Shown in pieces: positions 1 to 12,009 of a DNA stretch of 32,017 nucleotides; position 1 is the stretch's first letter, and each line of letters starts with the position of its first letter. The translations under genes were made by a program, and so were the position numbers. The DNA is from Octopus bimaculoides (taxonomy: Eukaryota), in contig NC_068981.1 of NCBI RefSeq assembly GCF_001194135.2, positions 50,622,765 to 50,654,781 on the forward strand, given 5' to 3'. The notes under the pieces are model-generated. The model did not search any database, was not told the DNA's origin, and worked only from the letters and a program-made list of their open reading frames with translations.

Positions 1-90
1 CTGCTTTGTTTTCGCCCCCCTCGAAAAGAAAAACTCTACATTTGAATTTTGTCCCTTCTATGTTGAGCCCTGTGTGGCTAATAAAGAAAC

Positions 91-91
91 A

Positions 92-149
<58 letters not shown>

Positions 150-184
150 CCTATCTATCTGTCTATCTATATATCTATATATCT
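91..184. repeat. (ATCT)n tetranucleotide microsatellite
   Basis: Direct tandem ATCT units, degenerating toward the 3' end. Confidence 0.97.
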
Positions 185-221
185 GTCAGTTTTTCTGTCG
201 ATCAGTATAGATTAATGGAAG

Positions 222-276
<55 letters not shown>
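222..276. repeat. (GATA)n tetranucleotide microsatellite
   Basis: Perfect GATA tandem array; the reverse complement of the array at 91-184. Confidence 0.97.
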
Positions 277-2060
277 TTGCAATATTTCTTCTATCGCACA
301 TTCAAATATCTAGACCTTTTGTAAAAAGAAGGTTTCTTTGAGCGTTGTTAGAACAATCTCGTGTTAATCTTCCCAGAGTGTGAGGTAATGGCGTTTGTTC
401 TGAAGTTTGTTTTTTATTGTTAAAAATTATTTCCCTTGTGCTGTTTGTAATTTACAAATATTTTTGAGAAAACTATTTACTGAATCCATATTAATTTCCC
501 TTCACTTAGATAAAACTTTCACCGCAACTACCCATTATTTTTTTTATTCGATCGGTTAATTCTATTTACAGATTCCGTTCCTAACCTGGAAATAGTTAGT
601 CTTAATCTGCAAAATTCAATTTACTATTCATTCAATTTGAATATCAGCTGACATTACTTGTCGGATTGGAAATTGTCCAATTTTAGAACTCGACATAAGT
701 AGCCAAATTTATACAGATAGTTCTTGTTCATATCCATCATAAATGATTTAACTACTTCTATAAATTATTATGTCATGTAAATCAATAGGATTCATTGAAA
801 TTCATGGTTAGGGCTGATAAACTCCATTATAACATATCATTTGGATATTTAAAGATACTATGGGAAAAAATTACCTCTGTTACCGGAGAGATACTTTATG
901 AAACAATATCGCACGAAAATAGACACAAATTCCACAATGTAGTGGGATACTTTCCACAAAAATCTTAAGTGTATATAATAAAAATCAAATACGTCCGATG
1001 TCAATGAAATATGCGTTCACCTTTTACTAGAATATGTTAGAACAAGATGAGAACAGCAAATTATGATTGTCTCTCCCAACAGTTCTTATCAAACATATAT
1101 AGTTTAAGCGGTTCATTGAGACGCCTTTTAGAGCGTAGGGAACAGGTATCGTTACATTTGTGTCACCTCTCTTTGAGTTGAAAAACTTCCTAGGTGAACA
1201 TTGCCTTCCTGTTAGATTTTCACATTAAATGTCAAGCGTACATTGTTTCAAATAATTGTGTTCGAAAAATCGTAAACGCAATTCGAACCCCTTGAATATT
1301 ATACACGAGATGAATGTGATAAGAGTCTCACCATAGTGAACATGGAAATATGATCGAACTTAAAAGTTTTACATGGACAAAATCGTAAGTAATTTCACAG
1401 TAGTTTGCTTGGATCAAACTACTATTTCGATTCGTAGTAACAGCGTCATGCATGAAGGTCATTGATTAAATGCTTATCAAATTTACAATAGAGCAGCATA
1501 TGGTAGCAGGTCGATTTTATTTTGTAAGCGATTCTGTCCACTTTGGACCGTTGAGACATTCAAGTAAATATCTTGTGTCAATAAAAATGTGGTGGTATTA
1601 ATTCATTTTATCTGGCATTATACTCATAAAATTTAGGATTGTCATACAACGTAAAAGAATTCTCCTCGTCATAAAAGAAACTTAAATTCACTTGGTGTCA
1701 ACTCACAATTTCATGGTTTAAATGCAGAGTTCTCACTAGCGCTCGGTCTGAGGGGATGAGAAATTTTTACATTAGTAATCATTAGATAAGAGCTGGTCGG
1801 TGTGATCAGTCCTTGGAAAAAATAGTGAAGGTAAAGAGAGAAATGTTCTTTAATGCGTTTGACAAACTGCGTGTGAATGTGGAAAATGGTGACGTGGGTC
1901 GCTCCAGAATAAAAACTGGACGTGGCTGTCAAATCTTCGAGGAACTCCGTACACCTTTCATCTTAGTTGTGCGGGGTTTCTCGATTTCTTGTAGTTGTAA
2001 CCTAACTTCTAACTTGCTCCTCAACTCTGAACGCCTAAGGCAAATAAATAAATTCATTCA

Positions 2061-2157
2061 TTGTTGTTGCTGTTGCTACTGCTGCTGCTGCTGCTGATGA
2101 TGATGATGGTGGTGATGATGATGATGATGATGGTGGTGATGATTATGATGATGATTG

Positions 2158-2223
<66 letters not shown>
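2061..2223. repeat. Compound trinucleotide microsatellite (TGT/TGC)n-(GAT)n
   Basis: Direct tandem triplets; these account for the poly-L/M/D ORF 2061..2333. Confidence 0.96.
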
Positions 2224-2759
2224 TTATGCAAACAATATACTATTTGAATTTAATGAAATTGTATTTTATGCTGTGGATTAGCGACAAGCGTATTCATATC
2301 TTAAACTTAGGATTCTTAACAAATGCAAGTTAGCAATTTGCTATACATCAACAATATGTCTTTCAATACCAATATCCTTCAGCTTCTTCGATATCAGACT
2401 GGGTGTTTTATTGAGCTTCTTAATTAACACAGGAACAATTGTCATCTTTGTACTAAGCAATCACATCATCTCTATGGCTCGGACCTGATAGCTGTCAATT
2501 ATCTCAATATCTTCGTGATTCACCTTACTATCACATGATATTGCTATATGTATAATCTTAAAATGTTCTTTCAGTGTATGTTGAGATCTAAAATCGCGTT
2601 TGGGTTTGTCGCTTGAAAGTGTGTTACATTTTTTGAGGAAATCTCATAATATCCTGTACATTATATTCAATATCATACCCTCAGGTGGATGCCGAGTCAC
2701 CATAAACTTGAATTATGTTGTCATCTTAAATGAAGAAACGTGCGTAACATTCACCAAGA

Positions 2760-2794
2760 GATAGATAGAGACACAGACAGACAGACACACCAAC

Positions 2795-2826
<32 letters not shown>

Positions 2827-2844
2827 NNNNNNNNNNTATGAATG

Positions 2845-2892
<48 letters not shown>

Positions 2893-2921
2893 TGTATGTA
2901 TGTATGTATATATATGTATAT
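2760..2921. repeat. Compound (GA)/(CA)/(TA)n/(TATG)n microsatellite with a 10-N gap
   Basis: Direct tandem repeats around the N run at 2827-2836. Confidence 0.93.
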
Positions 2922-4939
2922 GAACACATTACCGCCTTCAAGATATATTACGAGTTCTTTCATAATCATCCTGTAAATTTCAGAACTCAACTCATTTGAG
3001 TTTATGCATCATTTTGTTTTCACAGTGTTGGATAATGTAGAATACTATTAACATTACTACATGTTACGTACATAATAAAGTGAATCTTTTCATTTCCGGT
3101 GCACTCGAAGCCTCACATTATAGTTCCTAATCAAGTACAGATATTCTAAAGATTGATTTAATAAAATACTCAGCAAACAGTGTTGTAACTGCTACTGAAT
3201 ATAAAACACATTTCCTCACTTCAGGACTGGAAATATTTTAAAATCTTTTATTGAATGTGTGCACTAAATATTTATTGAATGGGCGAATACAGACTTTATG
3301 CGACTAAGGACAATATCGATTTCAGTTTTGATGGAATATTGTCCAAATATGACATATTTTATAATCTACTGATAAATGAAAATAATGTCGATATCAGAAG
3401 GTTTCATAATTCTGAATATAAGGGGGTATATGCATATGCAAAGTTATTCGTTTTAGTTTTATATGCTTTATTACCATTTCAAGAATTCTTATTCACAAGA
3501 ATAAAATGGAAAGGAAATTACAGAGTGATAGAGTGCGAATATTTGTACAGTGCTGTGTAAAGTTTTATCTCAAATTTGAGAGCTAAATTACTCTAAATTA
3601 AACCTTTAACTATTATTTTTTCGAGATACATAACGTAAGTAATTATAATCTGAGTTAGACTGAAAGTAATACATTGATGGATAATAAGTAAGGTTAGTTT
3701 GTATACTGTTACAGGCAGCGTATCAAATCAATGTGCTATAATTATATATCACCTGCTGAAACCGATCATTATTTTAAGTAGCAGCAAGACTACAATTTCC
3801 TCTTCTAATTGCTTAGTTAGGATGAAAGTGATACGTACGTAAGTTTCATATGCCTCTTAATTGAAGAAATTATTCTCAATAGACATGTTTCACTCAGCGT
3901 GAAACAACTCAGGAAATAATAAGATCAGCATTACACCATTTTAAAATAAGAAACTGATAAATGTTTGTATCCAAAAGAACTCTTATAACTAAGACTAAAA
4001 CATTATATAGAGTAAACATCTACATCAACAGCAACAATATTCAAGCAGCATTCTATGTCAAAATAATAACCTTAAACATTACACACATGCTGTCAATCAA
4101 TCAATTTCGTGTATAAAATATTTATGAAAACATTTCAATGAAGTCATACAAATAAGACGAAAGTAAAAGTCGAAAATTTATGCAATCATTTTCTGTAATT
4201 CCTTCCTATCAACACAAAAAATGGTGAGAAAATCAAAAACCAATATTGTAGTGGTGTTTCCAGACACCAAAAGCTTGATAACCATTCAGAAACTATGAGC
4301 AAGCTGCAGGATGTTCGGTCTACTAGAGAAACAATCAGCGCGATGCTATAGCGTGATGTTGTTTTCTTGAACGTTCTTGTACCCTACACAAGGCCGCTTC
4401 GATGCTTCTTAATTTCAGAATGATGAAATATGCTGAGCAACGTGCGCCTCCATTCTTGACACACTGGCGGTTCCAGACACTTGCGCTGAAAACGCCACAT
4501 TTTCAGTAAGACTCGTTCTGAACATTTACAAAATATTTCATACGAAAAGCATACTGTCACAGTGCAGATTTTCTCTCCATTCCCAATACGCAATTTTAAA
4601 TGTTGTTAATAGCAAGTGGCCGATAGCAATTATCCTTGTATTTAGCAATAAGAATTTCATTTAAATATTCATGTTTTACTTTAATTAATATTCACTCAGC
4701 CAACAAAATATATTTTCATTTATTACGCAAGCCACCATAGAGACATTGGTGACATCCGACGCTAGTTTGTGACATTGATGACACCCGATATTTACATTCA
4801 CAGCGATGACATGGATGACCAACGACTCAAGAAAAGTCCAGTATGACATCAAATTGAATAATTGATATTCAGATATTCATCTTCTCGTAGAATAGACCCT
4901 ACTCATCAGTCGCGTGAATATCAACTCGTCACAATTAGC

Positions 4940-5854
4940 GCAATAATGAAGGAAGACCAACACAGGGAAAACACCCCTCCTCATATCTTTTACATCCACA
5001 AACACTACCTTCTTGAGAAGGTCGGTTCTAGCAATCCGGTGATTCTTGAGGGACCCCCCCCCCCGGTGTCACCTGTGCCTGGAACCCGGCCACATCAAGA
5101 AGAACAGTCCCCAGGACCAGAGTAGGGTCCTGGAACAGTTGGTTGTGGAAGAACCCCTTCCTCCTCTTGAGGGAGATGTGGAGACAGTTGACGAGGTGGA
5201 AACCTCCTCATAAAAGGGCCGTAAAAGGAAGAAGGTGCGCAACAATGGTTGCCCACCGAAGGTTCCGAAGGCTGCGGGAGAGAAGGAGAATCTTCCGAAC
5301 AAAACGAAAGAACTCCACCTTCCCGGGGCTCAAGGAAAAAAAAGAAAAAGAAAAAGAAAAACGGGACATTGCCAGCGGTTAGTAACACACTGCCGGCATA
5401 TCCCGAAACACCGGTGTGAATTGTGCCACAGACGGAAGAAACTGTGACTCCTTCCTATGCGGCGGACGAGGAATTTGTAATCCACTTTCAAAAGGGAAGG
5501 ACTTTGGAGAACTTCGTGAAGACGTTAACAAGAAAATGCCGGAGGGAAAGGATTCTATCCTGTACTGAGGACCCTGATTGGCCTCCGCCGGTGGCTGCGC
5601 AGGTCATAGGGGAAACTGACTTGTGCAGGATAATGAACTCTTTCCCCGAGAATATATTTAAATTTATGCTAAATTGGTCCGACTTGGTACCATCCAGGTG
5701 CTCGAATGAAGCAATGAGCTTATTAGGGCATGAAAGCTCCGAGTTGAAAAAAGGTAAGAGGCTTAGTGCCTCATTTTGTAAGGACGTGAAGTCCATTAGT
5801 GGAAAACGTAAGAGGCGTTGTGCCTCATTTGAAAGGACCTTGGGTCCTGATTAA
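4940..5854 (+). mobile_element. Degenerate L1/Tx1-type non-LTR retrotransposon ORF1 fragment with gag-like CCHC zinc knuckle
   Basis: GC-richer island. Frame 2 reads ...KVGSSNPVILEGPP; a frameshift in the C11 run (5054-5064) then gives R-C-H-L-C-L-E-P-G-H-I-K-K-N-S-P (5064-5111). This is CX2CX4HX4C with the last Cys changed to AGT, in the 'V(I/L)xGxPPxCxxC' context typical of L1/Tx1 ORF1. A basic/Pro-rich tail and ORF 5423..5854 follow. No ORF2 is recognisable, and the boundaries are approximate. Confidence 0.65.
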
Positions 5855-6063
5855 CTATAGTGAGAGGTTTATAGCTTCAATTGTGTTTATGAAAGACGAA
5901 AAAGAACAATGTTCTCGAAAAGCATCGATCGGCGGGCGTCAATTGCTTCTCTCATCAATATCATTATTTTGCTCATCATTCATTTAGTTTGCGTTGTTGT
6001 CCAGCCCGAACTTGCTTCCTGCTTCTATCTTTCTAATGCCTTTATGGCAAAATTTTATGAAAT

Positions 6064-6216
6064 AAAGAAGCGTACTTCCCAATCACATGAGTGAAGGTTG
6101 AGCCCAACAGCTTGATATTCTGGGCAAGTACAGTAAGTGGACTTAGTTGATGGAAACTGAAAGATTCCAGTTTATATATATTTATATACACACATACATA
6201 TTTTTACGTGAGTGTC

Positions 6217-6253
<37 letters not shown>

Positions 6254-6434
6254 GTCTTTGTGCCTGACAATAAGTGCTGATGTGTTTACATCCCCGTGAC
6301 ATAGCAGTTCGGCAAATGTCAACGATAGCATAAGTGCCAGGCTTTTTACAACAATTGGGGTCGATAAATTCGAAAATACTTCAAGGTGGTGCCCCAGCAT
6401 GACAGGAGTCTAATACCTGAAAGAAGTAAAAGAG
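6064..6434 (+). mobile_element. SINE family B copy (tRNA-like head, internal microsatellite, 3' tail), decayed
   Basis: The head 'cttcccaatcacat...ctgggcaagt...gatggaaactgaaaga' is homologous to 19005-19109(-). An internal (TA)/(CA)/(TG)/(AG) tract lies at about 6172-6253. The 3' half 'tgtgtttacatccccgt...gttcggcaaa...ggggtcgat...ggtggtgccccagcatg...aagtaaaag' is homologous to 18775-18970. Confidence 0.75.
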
Positions 6435-7335
6435 AAATGATAAAATATTCTTCATACAGTCTTGAATATTATTGTAGATTAGTAGTTCCAGGTATAAATT
6501 CCCTCACTAACATAAATGTGAACCGAATGACTCTCTACACAAACTGAATAATACATTACTTCCACTGATTAAGGGGAGCAAACTACCTATAAACGACACT
6601 TTTAACATTATATTTGAATTGAGAACTGCAGTTCAATTATCTCTTAACGCAACAACAATTTCGCAGACGTTAAATAAATATATAATGTAAAGAAATAACT
6701 GAATTGAAAAAGGAAAACTGTCTTGCCTTAATATAATAAACATGCGATTACAATTTAAACGTATAAGCGTCACAAAGAAACCATTGTATGCATTAAATCT
6801 AAATTCATAATATAGTAAATATTAGTTAATATTCACTTACTCACGAAACCACGATTTTATAGGAGCTTCTTTCTGGCTAATTATATGGAATATGCTTATT
6901 TCTATTATATATTTTTCTACTGTTTCACTGGTTTCAATCATCCGTCTTTGNNNNNNNNNNNNNNNNNNNNNNNNNNNNNNNNNNNNNNNNNNNNNNNNNN
7001 NNNNNNNNNNNNNNNNNNNNNNNNNNNNNNNNNNNNNNNNNNNNNNNNNNNNNNNNNNNNNNNNNNNNNNNNNNNNNNNNNNNNNNNNNNNNNNNNNNNN
7101 NNNNNNNNNNNNNNNNNNNNNNNNNNNNNNNNNNNNNNNNNNNNNNNNNNNNNNNNNNNNNNNNNNNNNNNNNNNNNNNNNNNNNNNNNNNNNNNNNNNN
7201 NNNNNNNNNNNNTACATCATATATTTACTTCATCAGACATGTGACAGAATTTCGTTCATTATACATTGGAAGGTACAGAGATTTTGGAACTGGTTACTCG
7301 GCACTGCGTAAAGTCCAACATTTCAGAGACAGTAA

Positions 7336-7546
7336 GGCTGTGAGGTGGCAGAAACGTTAGCACGCCGGGCGAAATGCTTAGCGGTATTTCGTTTGTCATT
7401 ACGTTCTGAGTTCATATTCTGCCGAGGTCGACTTTGCCTTTTATCCTTTCGCGGTCGATAAATTAATTACCGGCTACGTGCTGGGGTCAATCTAATCGAC
7501 TAGTCCCCTCCCCCAAATTTTCGGGTCTTCTGCCTAGATTAGAAAA
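7336..7546 (+). mobile_element. SINE family A copy (tRNA-derived head + conserved core)
   Basis: Aligns by eye with 13005-13229 and 25468-25657: 'gcagaaacgttagcacgccgggcgaaatgcttagcggtatttcg...gttctgagttca.attc.gccgaggtcgactttgccttt.atcctttc...'. Confidence 0.88.
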
Positions 7547-8210
7547 TTATGTACCATTGGAATTGCCGCCGAGCACCTGAAAATACAAACCTAACTTGGA
7601 CAAGGCGGCTTAGGTACAATTGTAAATTACATGACGTGCAGCAATTCTAACGACATTATTGACTATTTAGCTTTTTAACACGTGGTTCCATTGTTGGCTA
7701 AATAATATGACCAAAATCATATTTTTAAATGTTTTAAATTCACTGCAGATGGTTTCTTTACATCTGATTAGGTGGACATATTCTACGCCTTCGAAATGTT
7801 CATTCATTTTCCTATTAAATAAACGAAACGCCAAGTCAGGGTGCATTTTCAGTCGTTTCTTAATTAATTCGTATAGGTATGTATGTGGGAGTAGTACATG
7901 TGTGTACGTGCATACATGTGTGTATGTGTATGTACGTGTTTAAATGTATGTGGGTTTGTTATTTTGTGCATGTGTGTGCCACGCATATATTCTATTTGTT
8001 ATACTGATAGAGTTTTTAAATTAGAGCGGCTTCCATTGCATTATTGAAATTACATTTTGTTCATGAAACGCATAAACATAGCAGTATAGAGTTTATAAAC
8101 TATTCCTAAATAATTCAGGCAAGCTTATTTGATTTCTTTTAACGTGGAGAAACCTCAACAACGGCAAATATGCATATGTCGTTCTGGCAATCAGTGATTA
8201 CGTCATGTGT

Positions 8211-8242
<32 letters not shown>

Positions 8243-9941
8243 CACATACATTTTGAAGGCTTCAGAAAAAAACTTTAAGGCACAAAGCTAGGTAGCAAAT
8301 GTGAAACTTAGCAATAATAAGTGAAATTATGCTTCACCATCCCTAAATAGTTTGATCCTCGCTTCACAGTCACTTTATTTGTAATTTCATAAGAAATATA
8401 TCAACATGCCTGCCTACCTATCATAAGGAAGATTAAAAAATAAACACGGTTTCATTCAGGTCTAATATAGTTTAGCAATTATCAATACATCTTTCAAGGA
8501 TATAAAGTGGAGAATAACGAATGGCATTTACAGTTGTTCTGTATACCTTAAAATGAGAACAAATACATTTAGAGTTACGCAAATCATGAATATCCTCTTA
8601 CATATAAAATATTGTAAGTCAAATACCCTCTTCGATTAATATGAAAACCCTACTTGAAAAGCAAATATTAATTAACGGATATTGCAAGTTAAATTTTGCA
8701 AGTCAAATACCCTCTTTCCATGCAATTCATGAATCAACGAAGGTTTAAATATGGAAACTCTAATTTGAAAACAAATACCAATTAAGGGATACAACCATAT
8801 ACTAGTAGAAAGCAGCACAGAAGAATCCATATGAAAAATTAGTCACTGTGATATGTCACACATAAACTCCAGTAAAATGTACCCACACTACACCTAACGT
8901 AAATTGTAATACCGTACTGTCCTTATTGAATAAAATAATAAAAAGAATATACAACGCATAATACATATAGCAAACCTACCCACGTATTCATTAAAAGTTA
9001 TCACAAAAAATGACAGGATGGGAAACATTGTTATTAACACAGAAACGCAGATTAACAAATCAAGGAACGTTATTCTAACAACTAATCTATCCACATGTTT
9101 TAACCGCTAAAATTGTGTGGTGCCAAGCAATGTATATGAAGATATTAAACACGATTATGCACAGCTAATGAGGAAGACGAAAGAATTAGTCGAAATGTAT
9201 ATACAACAGTCCACCTTTTTTTTTTATTCATACACATAATTTACCGATGAATTATTTACAATCATTGTAATACTCAATTTTTGTGAAAAATCTATAGATA
9301 ATTTGTATAGTACGTTATAAGACCGCAAAACTTTTAACATGAGGATACTTAATAAATATATCAATTCCAGTACAATTACAAGATGCAATCATGGCACACA
9401 GCAAGGCATAATAAAGAAGATAAAGAGAAAATAGTTGATGGCACCACAATTCTATATAGAATTTCAATAAAAGCAAAGCATCAAACAAAATTAATTCAAA
9501 GGAAGAGCACATATGAAATTGCAAACAAGATTTTATTGGATTCAGCCGTTGAAGACTTTTTTAAAAAAATTATGCGTTAAAACTATTACCAATATCTCCA
9601 TGATTGTTTGAAACTCAAAACACGAAAACAACCCATTTTACAACTATTTGAACCTGGTGATAGCAAACAGATTAATTTAAATGATTAATGCACTACTGAA
9701 TTTAATAAGGCTAATAATGACCCGGCAGAAACGTAAGGGAAATCTAAAAAAAATTCTTAATTTAAAGACGAAAGATCATGCTTTGTTTATTCGCCGTAGA
9801 TATGTTTGAATTTGCGTATACACACACACACACACANNNNNNNNNNNNNNNNNNNNNNNNNNNNNNNNNNNNNNNATATATATATATATATATATATATA
9901 GTCAATTTAAATAGACGATCAATTCAAATAAAGGAATAAGA

Positions 9942-10002
9942 TTAACGGACGCTCCATAAAAAGAGATGGCTTGACGTTTCGATCCTAGCTCTTCGTCGTT
10001 AA
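9942..10002 (-). ncRNA. Degenerate hammerhead-ribozyme-like motif (type I topology, PLE-style core)
   Basis: Minus strand reads TTAACG-ACGAAG-AG-CTAGG-ATC-GAAACGT...CCAT/ATGG...GCGTC-CGTTAA. Stem I has 6 bp, stem III is closed with a GUC triplet, and GAAAC is present. The CUG of the core is missing or altered and stem II has one mismatch. Confidence 0.4.
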
Positions 10003-10823
10003 ATGTGTGCGTATATGCACATATGTATATTGAAGAATTTGTATGCAGATTTTGCCAAATCGTAATCAGAATATTAATCATTGTAAGAAATAGTATTCAC
10101 TCACACATACCTGCGTCTTATGCTAGATAATAAATCCACTGTTATTTAATAAATTACTTTAGTAAACGTTGGAACATTCAAAATAAAATCAAACCGGTTT
10201 TATGATTTGTGTTTCCTTTCACGAAATAGTGAATATTATTTAGGAAAATGCTGAGATAGAGAAGCAACAAAACAAAAAAAAAGTCAAATTGAATTTGACA
10301 TAATGTAAGACACTATAATATTTCTGTTAATACAAGGAATATATTTCTGAAATAACAGAGTGAAAATTATTCCTTTGTATCTCCTTAAATATATATGTTT
10401 AAATCCATTCATAAATCATTATAAATATTCCTTATATTTCTCTTAATAATGGTTATTTTATATAATGATGAGTGTTTAACAAACTATTACGGTATTTCAG
10501 AAACACTCTGCACTTTTGTACATACAGAACGAATAGGTTTGTATGTTTATACTCGTATATGAATATCGATACATAGGAGGTATGGGAAAAGATGGGTGTT
10601 TCTGTATATGAATTTTTCTACTTTGTTTTACATGTCTATATTCAACTCAACTCAATATATTTCAATATATTTTCACACACACAAACACACACAAACACAC
10701 GCACACGTATATGATTACAAATGATTAAGACTATAGAGTTATTAAATAAATATGTATGTATATATACAGAGAGAGCAAGATATAGATATAGCTATATACA
10801 TACATGCATTCATACATACTCAC

Positions 10824-10873
<50 letters not shown>

Positions 10874-12009
10874 NNNNNNNNNNNNNNNNNNNNNNNNNNN
10901 NNNNNNNNNNNNNNNNNNNNNNNNNNNNNNNNNNNNNNNNNNNNNNNNNNNNNNNNNNNNNNNNNNNNNNNNNNNNNNNNNNNNNNNNNNNNNNNNNNNN
11001 NNNNNNNNNNNNNNNNNNNNNNNNNNNNNNNNNNNNNNNNNNNNNNNNNNNNNNNNNNNNNNNNNNNNNNNNNNNNNNNNNNNNNNNNNNNNNNNNNNNN
11101 NNNNNNNNNNNNNNNNNNNNNNNNNNNNNNNNNNNNNNNNNNNNNNNNNNNNNNNNNNNNNNNNNNNNNNNNNNNNNNNNNNNNNNNNNNNNNNNNNNNN
11201 NNNNNNNNNNNNNNNNNNNNNNNNNNNNNNNNNNNNNNNNNNNNNNNNNNNNNNNNNNNNNNNNNNNNNNNNNNNNNNNNNNGAAAAGATGGGTGTTTCT
11301 GTATATGAATTTTTCTACTTTGTTTTACATGTCTATATTCAACTCAACTCAATATATTTCAATATATTTTCACACACACAAACACACACAAACACACGCA
11401 CACGTATATGATTACAAATGATTAAGACTATAGAGTTATTAAATAAATATGTATGTATATATATACACACATATATATATATACGCGTATGTATACCTGC
11501 CTATATGAACTTATGTGTATGTACATTTGAAATTTATAGAAAAAGCACAGACGAAGACAGGTATACGAACAACAAGCAAGTGTATTAGTTTGACGCTCTG
11601 GAAAATAAACAGAGAGATAATGGTAAAAAAAAAACAAAAAAACCTTGTAGATTTCAGCGGTCCAACATGGCGAATGACTCGAAAAAAGCCGTTGGAAGAA
11701 AAGGAGAAAATAATAATAATACAAAATGAGGCTGAATGTGAGGGAGATAATAAAGTGCTAGTGATCACAACAAGAGGTGCGCGTGTTTGGATGTGTGTGT
11801 ATGTGAGAATGCGTGTGTGAGTGTGTGAGTGTGTAAGTGTGTATGCGTGAGTAAGTATGAGTAACTCTGACGTGTGTATGTGTGTTGTGTGTATCAGTTG
11901 ATGTGTGCTTTTTCACGCGGTCTGTGGACATGTGTGTGTATGTGTGTGTGTGTGTGTGTGTGTGTCTGTGATCAAACAGTGTGCATGAGCATGGTGTATA
12001 TATATGGGC

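Noticed and set aside
2061-2333. Poly-Leu/Met/Asp and poly-Cys ORFs
   Set aside because: These are translations of trinucleotide microsatellites.
3279-3560. 93-aa ORF in AT-rich DNA
   Set aside because: No recognisable motif or splice context; cannot be distinguished from a chance ORF without a search.
4421-4506. Possible + strand exon (TTTCAG|...|GTAAGA; MMKYAEQRAPPFLTHWRF)
   Set aside because: The similarity to a known protein was limited to a few residues, and the donor context is weak.
7225-7262. Minus-strand CGAAATTCTGTC-ACATGT-CTGATGAAG, hammerhead core pieces in permuted order
   Set aside because: Stem II does not pair beyond 2 bp, stem III is marginal and the continuation is lost in the gap; not supportable.
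8616-8716. 17-bp direct repeat AAGTCAAATACCCTCTT, 84 bp apart
   Set aside because: Only two units; an old local duplication, not a CRISPR-like array and not a target-site duplication with a recognisable insert.
10721-11421. Long ORFs spanning N runs (also 6837-7311, 13643-14146, 14899-15912, 21787-22677, 28273-28700)
   Set aside because: They are open only because N codons and (TA)n contain no stops; there is no coding evidence.
10586-11463. An identical block of about 180 bp on both sides of the 409-N gap (10586-10766 and 11283-11463), resembling an LTR pair or a large direct repeat
   Set aside because: It is identical, starts exactly at the gap edge and ends in (TA)n. This is most likely a scaffolding overlap or a haplotype duplicate.
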